NCBI GenBank assembly: GCA_045837725.1
Contig: JBEWZL010000278.1
Coordinates: 372,001-436,000 of the forward strand
Source: Vermamoeba vermiformis
Lineage: Eukaryota
Length of the DNA: 64,000 nucleotides
Direction: 5' to 3'
Positions 16,876-30,542 of this stretch are shown here, piece by piece (the first letter of the stretch is position 1; every line of letters starts with the position of its first letter). A program made the position numbers and the translations under genes. A model generated the notes under the pieces. That model saw nothing but the letters and a program-made list of their open reading frames with translations. It was not told the origin of the DNA and did not search any database.

Positions 16876-17961
16876 TTAATTCGCAACGACCATTTCGCCG
16901 CTGTTGCGTTGAGTTTCGACGCTAGTTTTGTAGAGCCATTGCACTGCGTCTTGGAGTCCATTGCCTTCAAATGCGCTGCATAAGAACAAGGCCCATTTGC
17001 GCTGCAGTTTGTTGAGTTCCAGCATCTTGATCGACTCCTCGTGACTAGGGCAGCCCGGAAGTTCGCTCTTATTGACCAATACTAACACTGGTACATCGGC
17101 AGCGAGTTCAGGGGCATTCATGACGTTGCTAAGCTCTCTTTTGGCTTCATCCACTCGCGCCACATCCGTAATATCGATCACGAAAACTAAAGCTCTAGCA
17201 TCGGCAAGAAAAACTTGCCACATTTGTCTAGTGTCTTGCTTGCCTCCGACATCCCTACAACAAATTGCATTAATAAATTGAACGATGGATGGAGTTGTGT
17301 TCAAAAATGGAAATATGCGCCAATAACCGCAATGATTGGGGTTTCGTATTACATAGCGAAAGATGATTGTAAATTAATAAATTAATGAATAATTGAGTAG
17401 TGACTTTGCCCATTAATAGAAATAAGCCAAAAATTGAGCTCGGAGTGACATCTGATCTGACAGCGCGGGCAAAGGGCGCGAAAAGTTTCGAATTGGAATT
17501 TTGATTGATTACATCATAAGTGTAGGATATTGCGATCATATAATGCAGTTCACTTACCAAATATTGAAAGAAGCATCTTTGTAGCGGAAGTTTGTCATAT
17601 TCGAACCGATGGTGGGTTGAACTCCGAACCAATCATTCTTTTGGGAGCTTTGGAGGCGTGCAATGATGGTGCTCTTGCCTGTTGATATCATGGTTAAATA
17701 TAAGTATTGCAGAATAAGTTCATGAACAATCAAGGCGGTCCACATCCACTTTTCGAAACTTTCAAAGAACAAAATCCCAACGATTAACGTACCTGCACTA
17801 TCTAAACCCAAGAACAACACGTTCTTAGTAAAAGAAGGCATCGTAGGCTTGCTTTTGCTGCGTGGAGAGATGTCAGTTCCCGAGATTGACTTGCGGTGGT
17901 GTTTTTTAGAAGATTCGACGTGTGAAGAGGTGCCAGCGGCATTGGAGTGTAGGTTGCCCAT
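16876..17961 (-). CDS. Arf-like small GTPase, atypical G3/G4 (3 exons)
   Basis: MG myristoylation start; GLDSAGKST, PTIGSN, WDVGGK, NKSE, CSA..G.GL. Confidence 0.9.
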
Positions 17962-18050
17962 GGTAAGTTGCTATGGTATGGTCTATCTAACCTTGTGTGG
18001 TGTTCCTATCGAACAATGTAAGCAAATTAACACAAAAAATCACTCCTTCT

Positions 18051-18060
18051 CCTTTTATAG
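18051..18060 (-). promoter_or_regulatory. TATA box (CTATAAAAGG) of the Arf-like gene
   Basis: Reverse complement of ccttttatag, about 90 bp upstream of ATG 17961. Confidence 0.45.
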
Positions 18061-18787
18061 TGAAAACGGCGCACGTGAGTGTTCCTGAGCTTCCGTACAG
18101 GAGTTTACGATTAAATACGAAGTATAACGTAGTTTGGAAGTCAGTAGAACGGTATCTAGGCATTCCGAAACATTTCGGAGGTTGCATCTGCTTCGATCCG
18201 TTAATGAAAAGTGTCAATTAACCGGTTGCAATGGGCAATCGAACTAGCTGCAAGCTATTCATTGGTGTATGATTCAATCAAGACTCTATTTGCCCGTAAG
18301 GCCGCAATCTTATCTAATTACGAAGTTTTTGTGAAATCTGGCGCGGTTGTTTTCGAATCCGATCTAATTCAAGCTCAATCATGCAAGAAATGTTCCGGTT
18401 CTCAATATTTAATACTACCCACTGAAACTTCGAATTAAATTCATCGTTTTTCGGAATTGGATTCGCTTAACGTTGGCGCTTCGATCTGGGGTTTTGGGGA
18501 GCTGCCATGCGGCAATTGATGCTAATTAGGATCAATATAATGCAATGCATGAAGAGAGTATCCTCAGCTCGTATCGTATACTGCACAATGGATTAATAAC
18601 GCTGGAGGGGTCCTCCATTCACATACATTAAATAGCGCTGCGGGAATAAAGCAATTTAGCAGATCTAATGTGAGATGAGCACTCGACACCACCATTTCTC
18701 TGGATCTAGCGAGATATTGTAGTGATTAGTTTGGATGACAATTCAATTTGAATTCACCTTTGAAAAATAAGTCCACAACTCACCGAC

Positions 18788-21621
18788 ATGGCTGAAGGTG
18801 CGGTCATAATCATTTATATATGAATATAATTCTAATAATTAGCAATAGACGCGTTCTTTCAAGGCTCCATTAACGAGGCGATAAGCAAATCCCAGATCGA
18901 GCGTAAACTGTTCGTAGTATCTTTGCAAGGTACATAATAGTGCTATATGATACGCGTAACTAAATAGTATCGTGCAGACGATTCAAATGCGAGTAGACAA
19001 TTGGATTCGGTGACGTGGACGGATGCGCAAGTCAAAACAGTGTTGCGTAATGAATGCATTGCTATTAGATTAGTTAAGGGCACTCAACAAGCAGAACAAT
19101 TTGTACAAATATGTAAGTATAGCTATGCATTGGTAATTTCAAAAAGATTTTTTTGGTATTTTTCAGATTGACTCGTGCAATGTTCCGACCTAATTCTTAA
19201 GAATATTAATATAGTGGTACTCTAATAATATTCTAAAATGTGTAAAAATTCCAATTTGTTATTTTAAGTCAAACTGAGTTGAGGATCGGAAATTGAAAAA
19301 CATTCACTTGCATCCATTTTGTGCTATTAATTAACGCCATTATTCCATAGATAGCCCTACCCAATGCCCCTCTATATATTTTCTTGCCCAAGGATTCCCG
19401 TTCTTAATCATTCCGGGCTTTGTTTCTCCATCTGAATTCATTCAAAAGTTCCGAGGCGTACAATTGGCTTATTCTTCGGCTGTAAGTACCACATAATAGT
19501 CTATAATAACCGTATTATTCTTATTATGCGTTGGAATAACCATCAAATTGCAACAAAGAATTCGCGTACTGGATCTGGATCCGATTGGATCTCAGCGTCT
19601 TTAGAGCCTATCGAACTAATATTTTGAATAGTTAACGTCATCCTTAACTTCATCTAATGTGGGCACTTCAAATCCAATCAGCAGTACATCGACGCCTGCA
19701 ACCACATCCAGTACAAACAATCAAACCAACAGTTACAGCGCTGCTCGTACATCAAATGAGCCTAAGACTAGCACTAATACATCGAATAACAATAATAACA
19801 CGAAGCCAGTAGCTAGTCCTCCCAATAACAACAATGCTACAACTGACGCAGATCTCGATGACGAAGAAGAGGCCAGACAGCTGATTATGAAGCAGTATAA
19901 GAAGACTGCTAAGAGTACTGATGGCACTAATACTGAATCGAGACCATTGACGCAAGAAGAAATCGACGAACAAGTCAAAAAGTAAGTCCACATCCAACCA
20001 TGGCAATTATTTTCGCCTTAATAGTATCCCTTACTTGAATAGTGTGATACTCAAATATAATTTAGTTGATACGCGGTAGATTTATTGTGTTAACTGCCAA
20101 ATCTTTAGATACGAAGAGAAATTGAAAGAGATCAGAGCGAGAAAAGCAAAAGAGAAAGAAGAAGAAGAGCGCAATAAAGAGCTAGAGAGGTAATGCTATT
20201 ATAATAGTATAGTAGCATCGTAATTAATGTAATGTACGTAGAATCAAGTCTGCTAAAGAAATGCAAGCTGCGCGAGCTAAAATTGAAGAGATCAAACGTC
20301 AAAAGGAGATTGAAAAGGTAACTAAAAATAGCCTATAATTGGTGTGACAATAGATATTAATAATATTATAACCAGAGAAAGAAAGAACAAGAGGAAGAAA
20401 AGGCGTATAAAGAAAAGTTACGGTTGCAAATCCAAAAAGACAAAGAAGAGCGAGAAAGAAGGGCCAAACAGGGCCTAGCTGAGAGTACAGACAGTACTAC
20501 TAAGACCGCTTATATCAATGCGAATGCTAACAACACAAATCTAACGTCAAGTGCGTCAATCAAGTAAGTTTTATTCGCGGCCGATAACAAAAATTCCGTA
20601 TTCAGATTTTTTGCTTAATATGGCATAAACGAAAAATATGGCAAATTCTGCTTTTAAATGTCAAAATTAGCTTATATTTATTCGCTTTTAACCGTTAAAA
20701 GGTTCCTCCGATTTTGCCATAATTAGTAAAATACTCCAAATTGGGCTAAGCCCCGAAATCAATTGATTGCATGCGTGATTAATGTTGGCAATTTTAAATT
20801 TGTATTAACAATTTCGCCGTTCTTATTAATAGATCCTACGACAAGACCACATTGCGGTTCCGATTATTGAATGGCGAGACACTCGTGCAAGAATTTCCTG
20901 GCGACGAGACCTTGGAGGGCGTGGTTGGCTTTTTGAACAATGTACGTGCTATAATTAGTACATTAATTGACAGCGCGAATTGAATTCTAATTACAGTCCG
21001 AGAGGTTATATTAATGTTGTTCTTATTTGCTAGGCCTATAATTACCGTGTCAAATACAGTTTGAAGACCGTCTATCCCAATCACGTCTTTTTGCCGCACG
21101 AGTACTCGAAGACATTGAAACAATTGAATTTGGTGCCCAATGCCACGCTCATATTGACGGTGCGTCTTATTTGTAACAAATTTTCATTTAGGGGTGTGTT
21201 TAAGACTAATTTCAATGTGTTGCAGGAGGCACCATTGAACGGATCTGGCCCGAGTGGCAACGCGTCATTGAGCAGCTCAGAGTCCAGTGGCAGCTCATGG
21301 TCACCGTTCTCAATGCTTGGTTCAGTGTGGCGATGGGCATGGGGCTCAAGTGACAGCAACAACAACGCTAATAACAACAGTGGCACGTCGAGCAACACGA
21401 GCACTTCAGCCAATCAAAACACGACACAGGGTCAACGTAATGATCGGTGAGTACCGTATAGTCAGAGTGCTTGAGGACTATGATAGTTAACACATATTGT
21501 TTATAGAGTACGTCATCGTGGTGCTGGTCCTAATGTCGCGACATTAGGTGACATGCGACGCGAGGGCGGTGATGACCGACATAAATCGACTTGGAACGGC
21601 AACTCCACGCAACAGCAGTAA
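18788..21621 (+). CDS. UBXN4: UBX domain protein 4 (thioredoxin-like N-terminus, coiled coil, UBX)
   Basis: FFQGSINEAISKSQ N-terminus; TLRFRLLNGETLVQEF..LKTVYP..KTLKQLNLVPNATLIL (UBX); diagnostic C-terminal TWNGNSTQQQ*. Confidence 0.88.
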
Positions 21622-21820
21622 TTAACGAGCACGTCATTATGTTAGTCCCGTCACCTACTTGTCAATAATTTTCATGTAAACTTTTGTTTCTTATTTTGTG
21701 AATAAAACCATTGATGTACATCCAACACTGATCCGGAGATCTGATCTTGACATTTTGGGTTTATTTCGGCCTCGTTATTGGACCATGAAATATACAAGTA
21801 TGGTTATATAATATAGGTTC

Positions 21821-22582
21821 TTATTCAGGCTTAATAAGTGACTTGAGATCGTCCTTAACGTATTTTTGATCGAATAAAAGGACGTAAATAGCAAACAACT
21901 TGAGTTTTTTGTATGAGAAAGGTCTGAATTGACCAACATAGAGTTCCATTCTGTCTTTAACTTGGCCGTCCTAATAATAATTAGAATTTTGGTACAAAGA
22001 AGCAATTTAAAAAAAAGATCTGGATCCGTTAAAATAACCGCAACTTTGTTCGAACAAGATGTTAAATATTATTAGGGTATTATTAGGGTATAATACGTAC
22101 ACCAGTAACGCTAGCAAGGAAGCTTTCAGAAGCATCTCTCAAAGTAGCCTTGCCCAAGTCGATGTAGCCTACTGTCTCGTCTTCGCCATTGACAACTTGG
22201 CCTGATTCGAGCACTTCGCCCAAGAAGTTTTGATCACTGAGCATAATATTGATTAATATATTTATTAGATTAAACGCCTATTAAGGAATTTTCTGTATTG
22301 ATGAAACTTTCCAAGCGGAATTTGTCTGCTTGATTGAAGATAAAATTAATAAATTCCATTATTATTATAGTGGTGCTATTTGCTATAAGAATTGGTTTGT
22401 TGTCAGCTAGATTTTTGTACAAAAGATGGAAATTTAAATTTTAAAATCAGATCTTACGCATCACCAGCAGTGCCATCGTCGTTAATGAAGCCAATAGTCT
22501 TTCCATTAGCATCAGTCACTGTTCCATCTTCAGCGATTTCAGCTCGCTTATCGTCGTCACGGTCATAAACTACAACGCTCAT
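21821..22582 (-). CDS. 136-aa protein of six ~17-aa beta-hairpin repeats plus a C-terminal hydrophobic helix (beta-flower-like)
   Basis: Exons 22582-22458, 22236-22101 and 21970-21821 splice in frame with GT-AG ends; absent from the ORF track. Confidence 0.8.
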
Positions 22583-23391
22583 CTGCACAGGAAATTAAGT
22601 TATTACGGCGTTATCAAGGTAAATAATATTTCAAATAATACGCGAATATTAATAATAATATTTCACCAATATTAATTACGAATTGTCAACTGGGTCGAAT
22701 TATTTAAAAATCATTTTTTCTATTAGTCCGCATAAACGCTTGTAGTTACGTTTAGTTCTGTTTTTAAATTGCAATAATACGTACTTTAAATTACAATTAA
22801 ATTACAGTCACTTGTTGTGCACTTCAGACGTTTCGAAATAGAAAAAAATCTACAAAAATCTTTTCGAAAGCAATACTCTTGATATTTTACGAATAGCATT
22901 AATAATGGCATAATATAGACTTCAGCACCCATTTTCTACATTTTTCATAACATTTTACGCAGCTGACAACGTTAACTCGGATCTGTGGCGAGATCCAGAT
23001 TCGAAGTCACGGTAGATCTGGCCGATCGATCAGCGTGCTCATGCAGCTAGATTGCCCTTGCAGGCAGTGCTGAGGAGTGAGTCAGTGCCGCGCCATTGCA
23101 TTGCGCACTCATAATGTACGCGAAATTTCAAGAGTTTTTCTTTGGCTGTCGCGCGAACCCCAGAACTTGAAGAACCTGTCAAATGCAAAAATGGAAAATA
23201 TCACGTGGCGCGCATTGAATCACGTGATTTTTGCAGCGCCTTTTCGTTATTCAGAAAGGATTTCAACACAAACTCGATGAAATTTGAAAATATCTTTGCA
23301 AATGGACTTTTCTACGGCCTTTGTGGTGGGCATAAAAAGCCAAGCGCAGCACTAGTCACTCATTCATATTAAAAAACAAATACAAAACAAC

Positions 23392-25648
23392 ATGTCTCAA
23401 CAAACTAAGCAACAGACTAAGAACGCTGCTTTGGATGTGGTGGATACCGTCAAGCGCGGTGACGCCCCTAGCAATGAACAGGTTACTAAGGTCATTGACA
23501 AGACCCAACAATTCATCGAAGAGAAGAAATTCGATCCTAACGTCGCTGGTACTCAAGTAAGTCTCTTTTTGATTCAAAAACAAGATCCGATCGGATTCGC
23601 TTTTTCGTAGGAGAAAGTTTTTTTGCTAATTGAATAATATAAAATAGGGCGCTAAGGTTTTGACTGACTTCCAAGGCTTTTTACAAGCTACGGAGCAATT
23701 GTTGGAGAACAAGAACTCAGATGAGACTCTTCAAAGCATCGTACAAGACTCCAAGGCTGCTGCCAAGGACTTGAAAGAACAAGGCCGCGAAGAGCTCAAA
23801 GAGACTCAAGGCAAGGTCGATGCTAAGGGCCAAGAGATTAAGGCTAAGGGTCGTCAAGTCGGTCAAGGCGCTTTGTCCATGATCAAGTTGATGGCAAGAT
23901 CAGGCGAATTCCGCTTGTTCTTGAACGACCTCGTTGATATTATTCAAGACCTCTTTATTGCTAGTAAGTTAACTCTATAATATTGCAAAAAGCAATAATT
24001 CTTTTCAAATCCGAATTGTACCGCCAAAAAATTTGAATCAGAAACTAACGAATTTATCAATAGACGGTCCTGTTATTGATAAGGCCATTGACGATAAGAT
24101 GTCTGGCAAGCAAACCGGTTACGTCAAGCTCGAATCCGGTGTTGAAACTGAACCTTTGTTAAAGCCCTCCGAATTGGATGCCAACTGGGAATTCACTAGC
24201 AACTTGTCTAGCACTTATATGGTCACTCTCCCCGAAGAGACTAAGCACGAATTGTCCTTCAAGCTGCTCCACATGTTGCGCAGATTGAACGCCAGCAGTG
24301 ATTTCAAGAGCGGCATCCAGTCTTTGTTCGACATCTTCGACGACTTGAAAGACGAGTTCTCGCGTGTCAAGGACGAGATGAAGGACAAGGCTGAAGACAA
24401 CAGCAACTTGAACAAGCTTTACGACGACGCCAAACAACTCGTCGAAAAATTCAGCGGCCGATCCGTCGACTACTTGGTGGATCAAGTGCAAGACTTGATT
24501 AGCAGCCTCCGCAGCAACACTAAGCTCAGACAATGGCTACGCGACTTCCGTTCATTGATCCAAGAGTCCCTCGAAAAGCCCGAATTATTGGACGAATACT
24601 CGTACACAAAGCGCATTGAAGATCTGGTCGATTCTGGCCGCGACTTGTTGCAAGACGAGAGATGGCGCGACCAATTCGACGGTATCCTTCGTGAGGCCCG
24701 CACTCTTGCTGAGAACATCAAGCAAGACGAGGACGTCCAAAATGTTCAAGAAAAGGCTCAAGCTTTCTTGGAAAACTTCACGTACGTCGATGCCAAGGGC
24801 GAGCGTCACTTCAACACCGATTTGGTCTCGCAAATGCGTCAATTCATCGTGCCTTTGTTCATAGCGCAGTTGGATCAGATCCCGATCCCCACTATCGAAG
24901 GGTCCAACGAAGACTACGACTACAGAATTGAGAAGTAAGTGTGATATATATTAATAATAGCCGGCGGCTAGTATCTAATAGTGTTATTAGCTTGTCGTTC
25001 TCTGGCCACGACATTGTGCCCGAGATGGTTGAAATTCACGCCAGAAGTGACCTCGAATTCAACGTGCCCAAGATGGAAACTGACAAGGCGCGCACTCGTG
25101 CTTTGTTGAAGGTCGCTGAAATCAAGCCCAAGATGTGCGGCATCAACTTCTGGTTCCGCAGAAAGACCTTCCCCAAGATGGAGGACCAAGGTACCGCTAA
25201 TGTCTTGCTCGAGGGCAAGGGCGTCACGTTGCGTGTCGTGTTGGACTTGAACAACAGCAGCGCCACTCCTAGCTTCAAGGTCGCTCGTGTCTACGTCGAC
25301 ATTGACAAGTTGAAGATCGATGTCACTCAAGCCAAGCACGAGTAAGTTTGACACTTTTGACACCGTGAAAAATATGAAGTGACACGTGTCAAACGATCAA
25401 AACAAATATCTAACGCTTTGTTCCTTAGCATTATCTTGAATTTGGCTACTGGCTTGTTCTCTGCTCGCATCAAGCACATGGTCGAGAAGACTATTGAGCG
25501 CAAGATCAACACCATCTTCCGCAAGATCGAGACTGGTTTCAACGACTTGATGGCTCGTTATCCTCCTGCGCAATTGAAGAACATCGTTGAGGAGAAGTTG
25601 ACTCAAGCCACTGGTTTGACCACTGAAACGCAACAGATGCAATCTTAA
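23392..25648 (+). CDS. HAM1-like / DUF4449 protein with C-terminal BPI/TULIP-like domain
   Basis: GDAPSNEQV, LLENKNSDETLQ, EFRLFLNDL, IPIPTIEGSNEDYDYRIE, INFWFRRKTFPKMEDQGTANV, VDIDKLKIDVTQAKHD-like motifs. Confidence 0.7.
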
Positions 25649-25756
25649 ACTGTATTTGTAGAGCCTAAGAGCTTGCAAATATGCAAATAAATTTTGTTTA
25701 GAAATTAACTATTCGTACATGCGCAAAAAAACCTATCAGTATACATTTGATGGATC

Positions 25757-28307
25757 TTAATATTCTAAAAAGGGAGGAGCATTGGGGAACGTTTGTTGCA
25801 TGCCAGGGAATGGCGGAGGAATTTGACGTGGAGGCAGTGGCGGCACACCCATCATAGGAATGGGAGGAGGCATGCCACCGATGAGGTGAGGGTTGTTACT
25901 GGGCAGCTTGAACATGCTCACACATCGGCCCATCTCCGCGTACTTGTGCAACGTATTTTCGTCGTCCACTGTACAAATCAATCGTTAGAAATGCAATCAG
26001 TAACAACGGAATGAAGCTTCACGCACCTCTGTAGACAGTTTTGTTGCACTTGTCGCAATGTCGTTCATTTTGACCGTCGCCAGGCAACGAGTCCCACTTC
26101 AACGGACACAAGAACTCAAAGTTGCAGTTCTCTAATGACATCAAATGTCACGTCAGTATCATAATGTTGTCGTGCTGTCAGGTGCAGGTACGTACCAATC
26201 AACTTCAGTTCGGGAGCACCGACCGCAATGATCATCGGCGCAGAGCTCCCCTTGTCCACGGCACTGCGTCGCTTGTACAAAGTGTACCACGATTTGAGCT
26301 TCAAACTCTTGTTCTGCAAGGGCCATCGGCGCAAGAAGAGCGGCTTCCACACTGAATTACTGATCGCTTGGTCTGCAAATTTTTTGGACACCTGTCACCA
26401 GGAAATCAAAACGTTAGTATTCATTTTTTCACTGAACGCTGATTCTACGTACCAATCGCGTTTGAAGGAGCGCCGCAGGTTCGGTTGACACGTATGACAA
26501 GCAATGCGCCAAAGTTTCAGCGGGCACAGCGCTCAATCGATCCACATTGTCAGCGCGGTAATCTTGAATGGTGCGCGGATCAAACTTGAACGGCCCTTTG
26601 AAGTTCACGGTGAATGAGATCTGTGACCCTCGTTCAAATGACACGCCTGGGAACACATCCATGCCTTTGTGGATCACAGCCGGGAAGTATTCTGTGAACG
26701 GCAAAATGTCAGTAAAGATCGATTTTAACGTCAAGTTTGCGTGTCGTACCCAACATTTGACCGTCCTTGGTGAAGAATAGTCGTCGTTGTTTGAAACTGT
26801 CGTATAGAATACCAACACCGATAGTCGAGTCCTCTATTATGCAAGTATTATAATCAAATTCTCTAGCTTATTAAGGAGGTAACGTACCGGTAAAAGCTGG
26901 CAAGTACTTTTCCCAGAATTTATCGCAGTTTTGAGCCAACTACGGAGAGATTGTAAATGTAGTTTAATAATAGTTAGTACTTACCATGCCATTGTTAAAG
27001 TATCCAAAGCTGTTCTGTTGATAGCCGAGCATTTGATTGGCACCCCAGATCTGATTGCCAATGCCCACTCCTACTCTGCTGTTCGCGTTGAAGTTGTGGA
27101 AGGTGAATTCACAGTACGCGTGCGGCACGGGCTCTGTTTCAATCTCGGACAGGTCCCAGTGCTGCGCGGTGATCATGCTGGCTTGTTGCGGGGTCTTCTT
27201 CTTCATCGTGTACTTGGCTCCCTCCACTGCAAACGCGTCACCAAAAATAGACGAGTTGAGTGAAATTTCGCTAGATCTGTTCTGATTGGCCGATTGTCGT
27301 TGGTCACGCAAGTACTCGCCAACACATGCTCCACACTCGTCGTAAATGCCACATTCGACGCAGTGGTACACCACGCCTTCGCTGTAGTTGCTGCACTTGT
27401 CACAGTTGAATGAGCCGTTATAAGCACTCGAGAACCACATCTGGCCCTGGGCTTTGTCAAATCGCATCAGCTCGTGCGCGTGGTTCGGTGAATGTATGGT
27501 CACTGCTGCTGCACTTTGGAAGCCCCTGTCACAACCGTCGCACAACCTGTAGTCTCCGCAGAACTCACAAATTACACCTAAAAGACGCGATTAATTATCT
27601 GGCATATTAGGATTAATAGAGTGTAGTTTTACCGGGGTACTGGGACTGGATGTGGCAATGAGAGCAAACGAATTTATCGTCGAAGGTGATGTAGGATGAT
27701 TTAGGCATGATCGATACTTTGGTGAAGCCAATAGGCATGTATGTAGTGAGGGGATGACGATGCTTTTGAGCCAATGCTGCACGAACACGAGTGAGGTTGA
27801 TCAGCCGAATCCATTCTTCAGTTTCCTTAATTTAAATTGGAAATTATATTAACATGATGCATTATCTTCCATTAAACTGGTCTGATCATTATAGAATCTA
27901 CCACGTAAATAATTTCATAAATGTAGCCGTTGTAAATTTACCTCATCTGTTGTCGCAGCGAACATGGGCCCCGAGGTGTAACTTGATTCGTCTACTGTAT
28001 TCACTACAAATACACAGGGGTAGGGTGCTATTTTTGACCGTGTAACTGTCGTGCCGGGGCCAACAATAATTCTATTTGGCGACTGCGAAATTGAATTATT
28101 ATTATTTAAGGTCATTATGGAGCGATCATTTCCGATTTAAGTGAGTGTATTAATATTATGTATTAACATCATTTTTAGCAAATTTACCTTTCCTTTCTTG
28201 ACTACATCCAGCGCGGCGTTGCTGATGAGTTTCAGAGTTGCGTCAACCCATTTACCCGATTCCAAAAATTTGACAGGCCCTTCTTTAATGACTTGATTTA
28301 GCGACAT
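25757..28307 (-). CDS. PH + two ZZ-type zinc fingers + SPRY + F-box + Cys-rich C-terminal domain protein
   Basis: VIKEGPVKFL..ETEEWIRLIN (PH); CSHC..CEFCGDYRLCDGC and CDKC..YHCVECGIYDECGAC (ZZ); YCEFT..VGVGIG..MLGYQQNSFGYFNNG..YFPAV..VNFKGPFKFD (SPRY); LSAVPAETLAHCLSYV..VSKKF..VWK (F-box). Confidence 0.78.
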
Positions 28308-28649
28308 TTGTGCTGCTATCGAAAGGAGTTAAAAAAGTCTTTTGACGAAATTCCAACAATAACTATCTTTTCAGTTGGGACGCTTGGGCAGTCTTCGTAG
28401 GTATTCCTACTAATATACGAGATGTTATTATCTACATACATTATACAGTCCTTATTGAGCATAGCGGCCGTTTGAGTCGTTGGAGATTGCGCTGGATCGG
28501 AACAACAGCATTGGCCTAGACTCTGTCGTTACAAGACACCCACCTTCATCTAGAGCAGTATGGGTAGTATAAAATCGAAGTAGAGCAGATTATTGGTGAT
28601 ATCCTGTAAAAGGTTTAAAAATTCAAAAGTACATCTGCATCCGGTACAT

Positions 28650-30350
28650 TTAGTCCTTGAAATAAATAGGCTCTTCACCAGGGCGCTCCAAAACAGTTGA
28701 TAAAGTGATGCGTGTCGCACAAAGTCGTTCAATGAGTGGTTCTCGCAGCGCGGCCATTGTAGTCGTAACGCCAGCTTTGATAGGAATTCTATTGTAGTCT
28801 TGGAGAATAGTCAATGCAGTACACACAGCCATCTATTAAGACCGAGAGTTAGAGCACATAATAGTATAGTCTAACGCTTCCTATTGACGTACAATAGCTG
28901 TGTCCTCGTAGACATCGCCACCCTTGAGCACGGTGCGTACAACTTCTTTGCGCTTGTTACTTCTGCCCACAGCTGTCAAGCTCCAATAGTGCTTCTTGCG
29001 CTCTTCTTCTGACGCGCCTAATGTTCCAATGGGTCAGCACAAGTCGTGGGATCTGTCGGTGTCAAGAACGGGCCCTTACCTCCTTCACTGATGAATCTGC
29101 CTGCAATCTTGCGACCAATTTTGAATTGCAACACAACGAATATTAGCGTGAGTACGACGGCCATTAGGATCAATCCAATCAACGAATTGGCCTAAAAATA
29201 GAAACGTGTCAAAACGTGTCAAGGTGATTACACATATCTGAAGCGCGTACCTTCATCCAAGAGGAGTATCTGAATTGTTTAGGATAAGAAGCAATGCTCT
29301 CTTTGGTTTTGAACACGGTGATCAGATCTCCCGCTGGAAAAGGTGCGACCCATCCTTTGATATCTCTATTGTAATGCGGCAATGCGTAGTGACTGAATTG
29401 CTTGACCAAAGCCGTATGCTTTGTCTTCTTACTATAATAGGCAATTAGAATGAATTGCTCGTTCAGTGAACGGACAAATGATTGCGTACCCGACAACTTC
29501 GACCATGCTCTTCATTGTGCCGCTAGATAACTTCTGATTGACATTCATAAAAGTATCGATTTGAATGGATTCATCACCAGGGATATGTTGCAAAGTCCTA
29601 TAAGTGACTAGAATAAAATGCGGATCGCGTAAGTAAAATTTTTTTCTTGTGCTCCGAGGAAGAAATCGTACCAACATCCGAAGGAATATAATCTAATCCG
29701 CAAGCAGGAATAATTAATACGCCTGCTGCTTTAGCTTTCTCTGAGTAGTTGTCAATAATGTTCTCCATGAATCCGGGTTCGCCTAAAAATATTATCATTT
29801 AAATTCAGACTTTAAAATATAATCGATTTTATATGTTACCTGTAATGTCGATGTAATGGGTTCCATTTGCAATGCAAGCATTAACTACTGGCTCGCCATA
29901 AAGTTCGAAAGGTCCCACGCAGTCAATAATCAGGCTTGAGTGGGCAGCGAGTTCGTTTAATGTGGACTATAGAATGGGTTATTATTATAGATGCTAATTT
30001 TCCATACTGACCTGCTTGAAAATATCAGCAGTCATAATTGACACTGCAGCGCAATCCAGATTTAGCTTGCAAAGTTTTTCCTGCACAAATAATTAATTTA
30101 TAATTATCTAGTTTGGTTCATTATAATTACCTTTAATTCTTTTAATTTTGTCTCGCTTCGTCCAGCAATTGCCCAGTTGCATTTATTTAAAGGAACATTT
30201 TTAGCTAAATACTCGCATATCTTGCGACAATAAAAATTAGATCGATTATAAATTACGATATATTGCATAAAATACCAATTCGCCGGTGTAGCCAGTCGCA
30301 CCGTACACGGTCAGATCAACCTTGCCACTTCTTTTTCGCGTTGATGACAT
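28650..30350 (-). CDS. SCCPDH: Saccharopine dehydrogenase-like oxidoreductase, multi-exon
   Basis: DLTVYGATGYTG, WAIAGRSETKL, CVGPFELYGEPVVNACIANGTHYIDITGEP, IPACGLDYIPSDVG, SSGTMKS, GGDVYEDTA. Confidence 0.85.
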
Positions 30351-30542
30351 TCTTAATACTACAAGAGTTTAATTCAGTGTTGTCTCGCTCCTACAAATCG
30401 AATATTTGAATATTCGGAGCACGGTGTATTTTTGGCTTTGGCCACGTGGCTTTTCTCCGTTGTTCCGTGTGGGATGCGGATTACAGTAATAATTAATAAG
30501 GGCATAGTAATTCGATTAAAACTAAAATTTTATCGTAGTTAT

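Noticed and set aside
22070-22091. TATTAGGGTAT x2 containing TTAGGG
   Set aside because: Only two copies inside an intron; a local duplication, not a telomeric array
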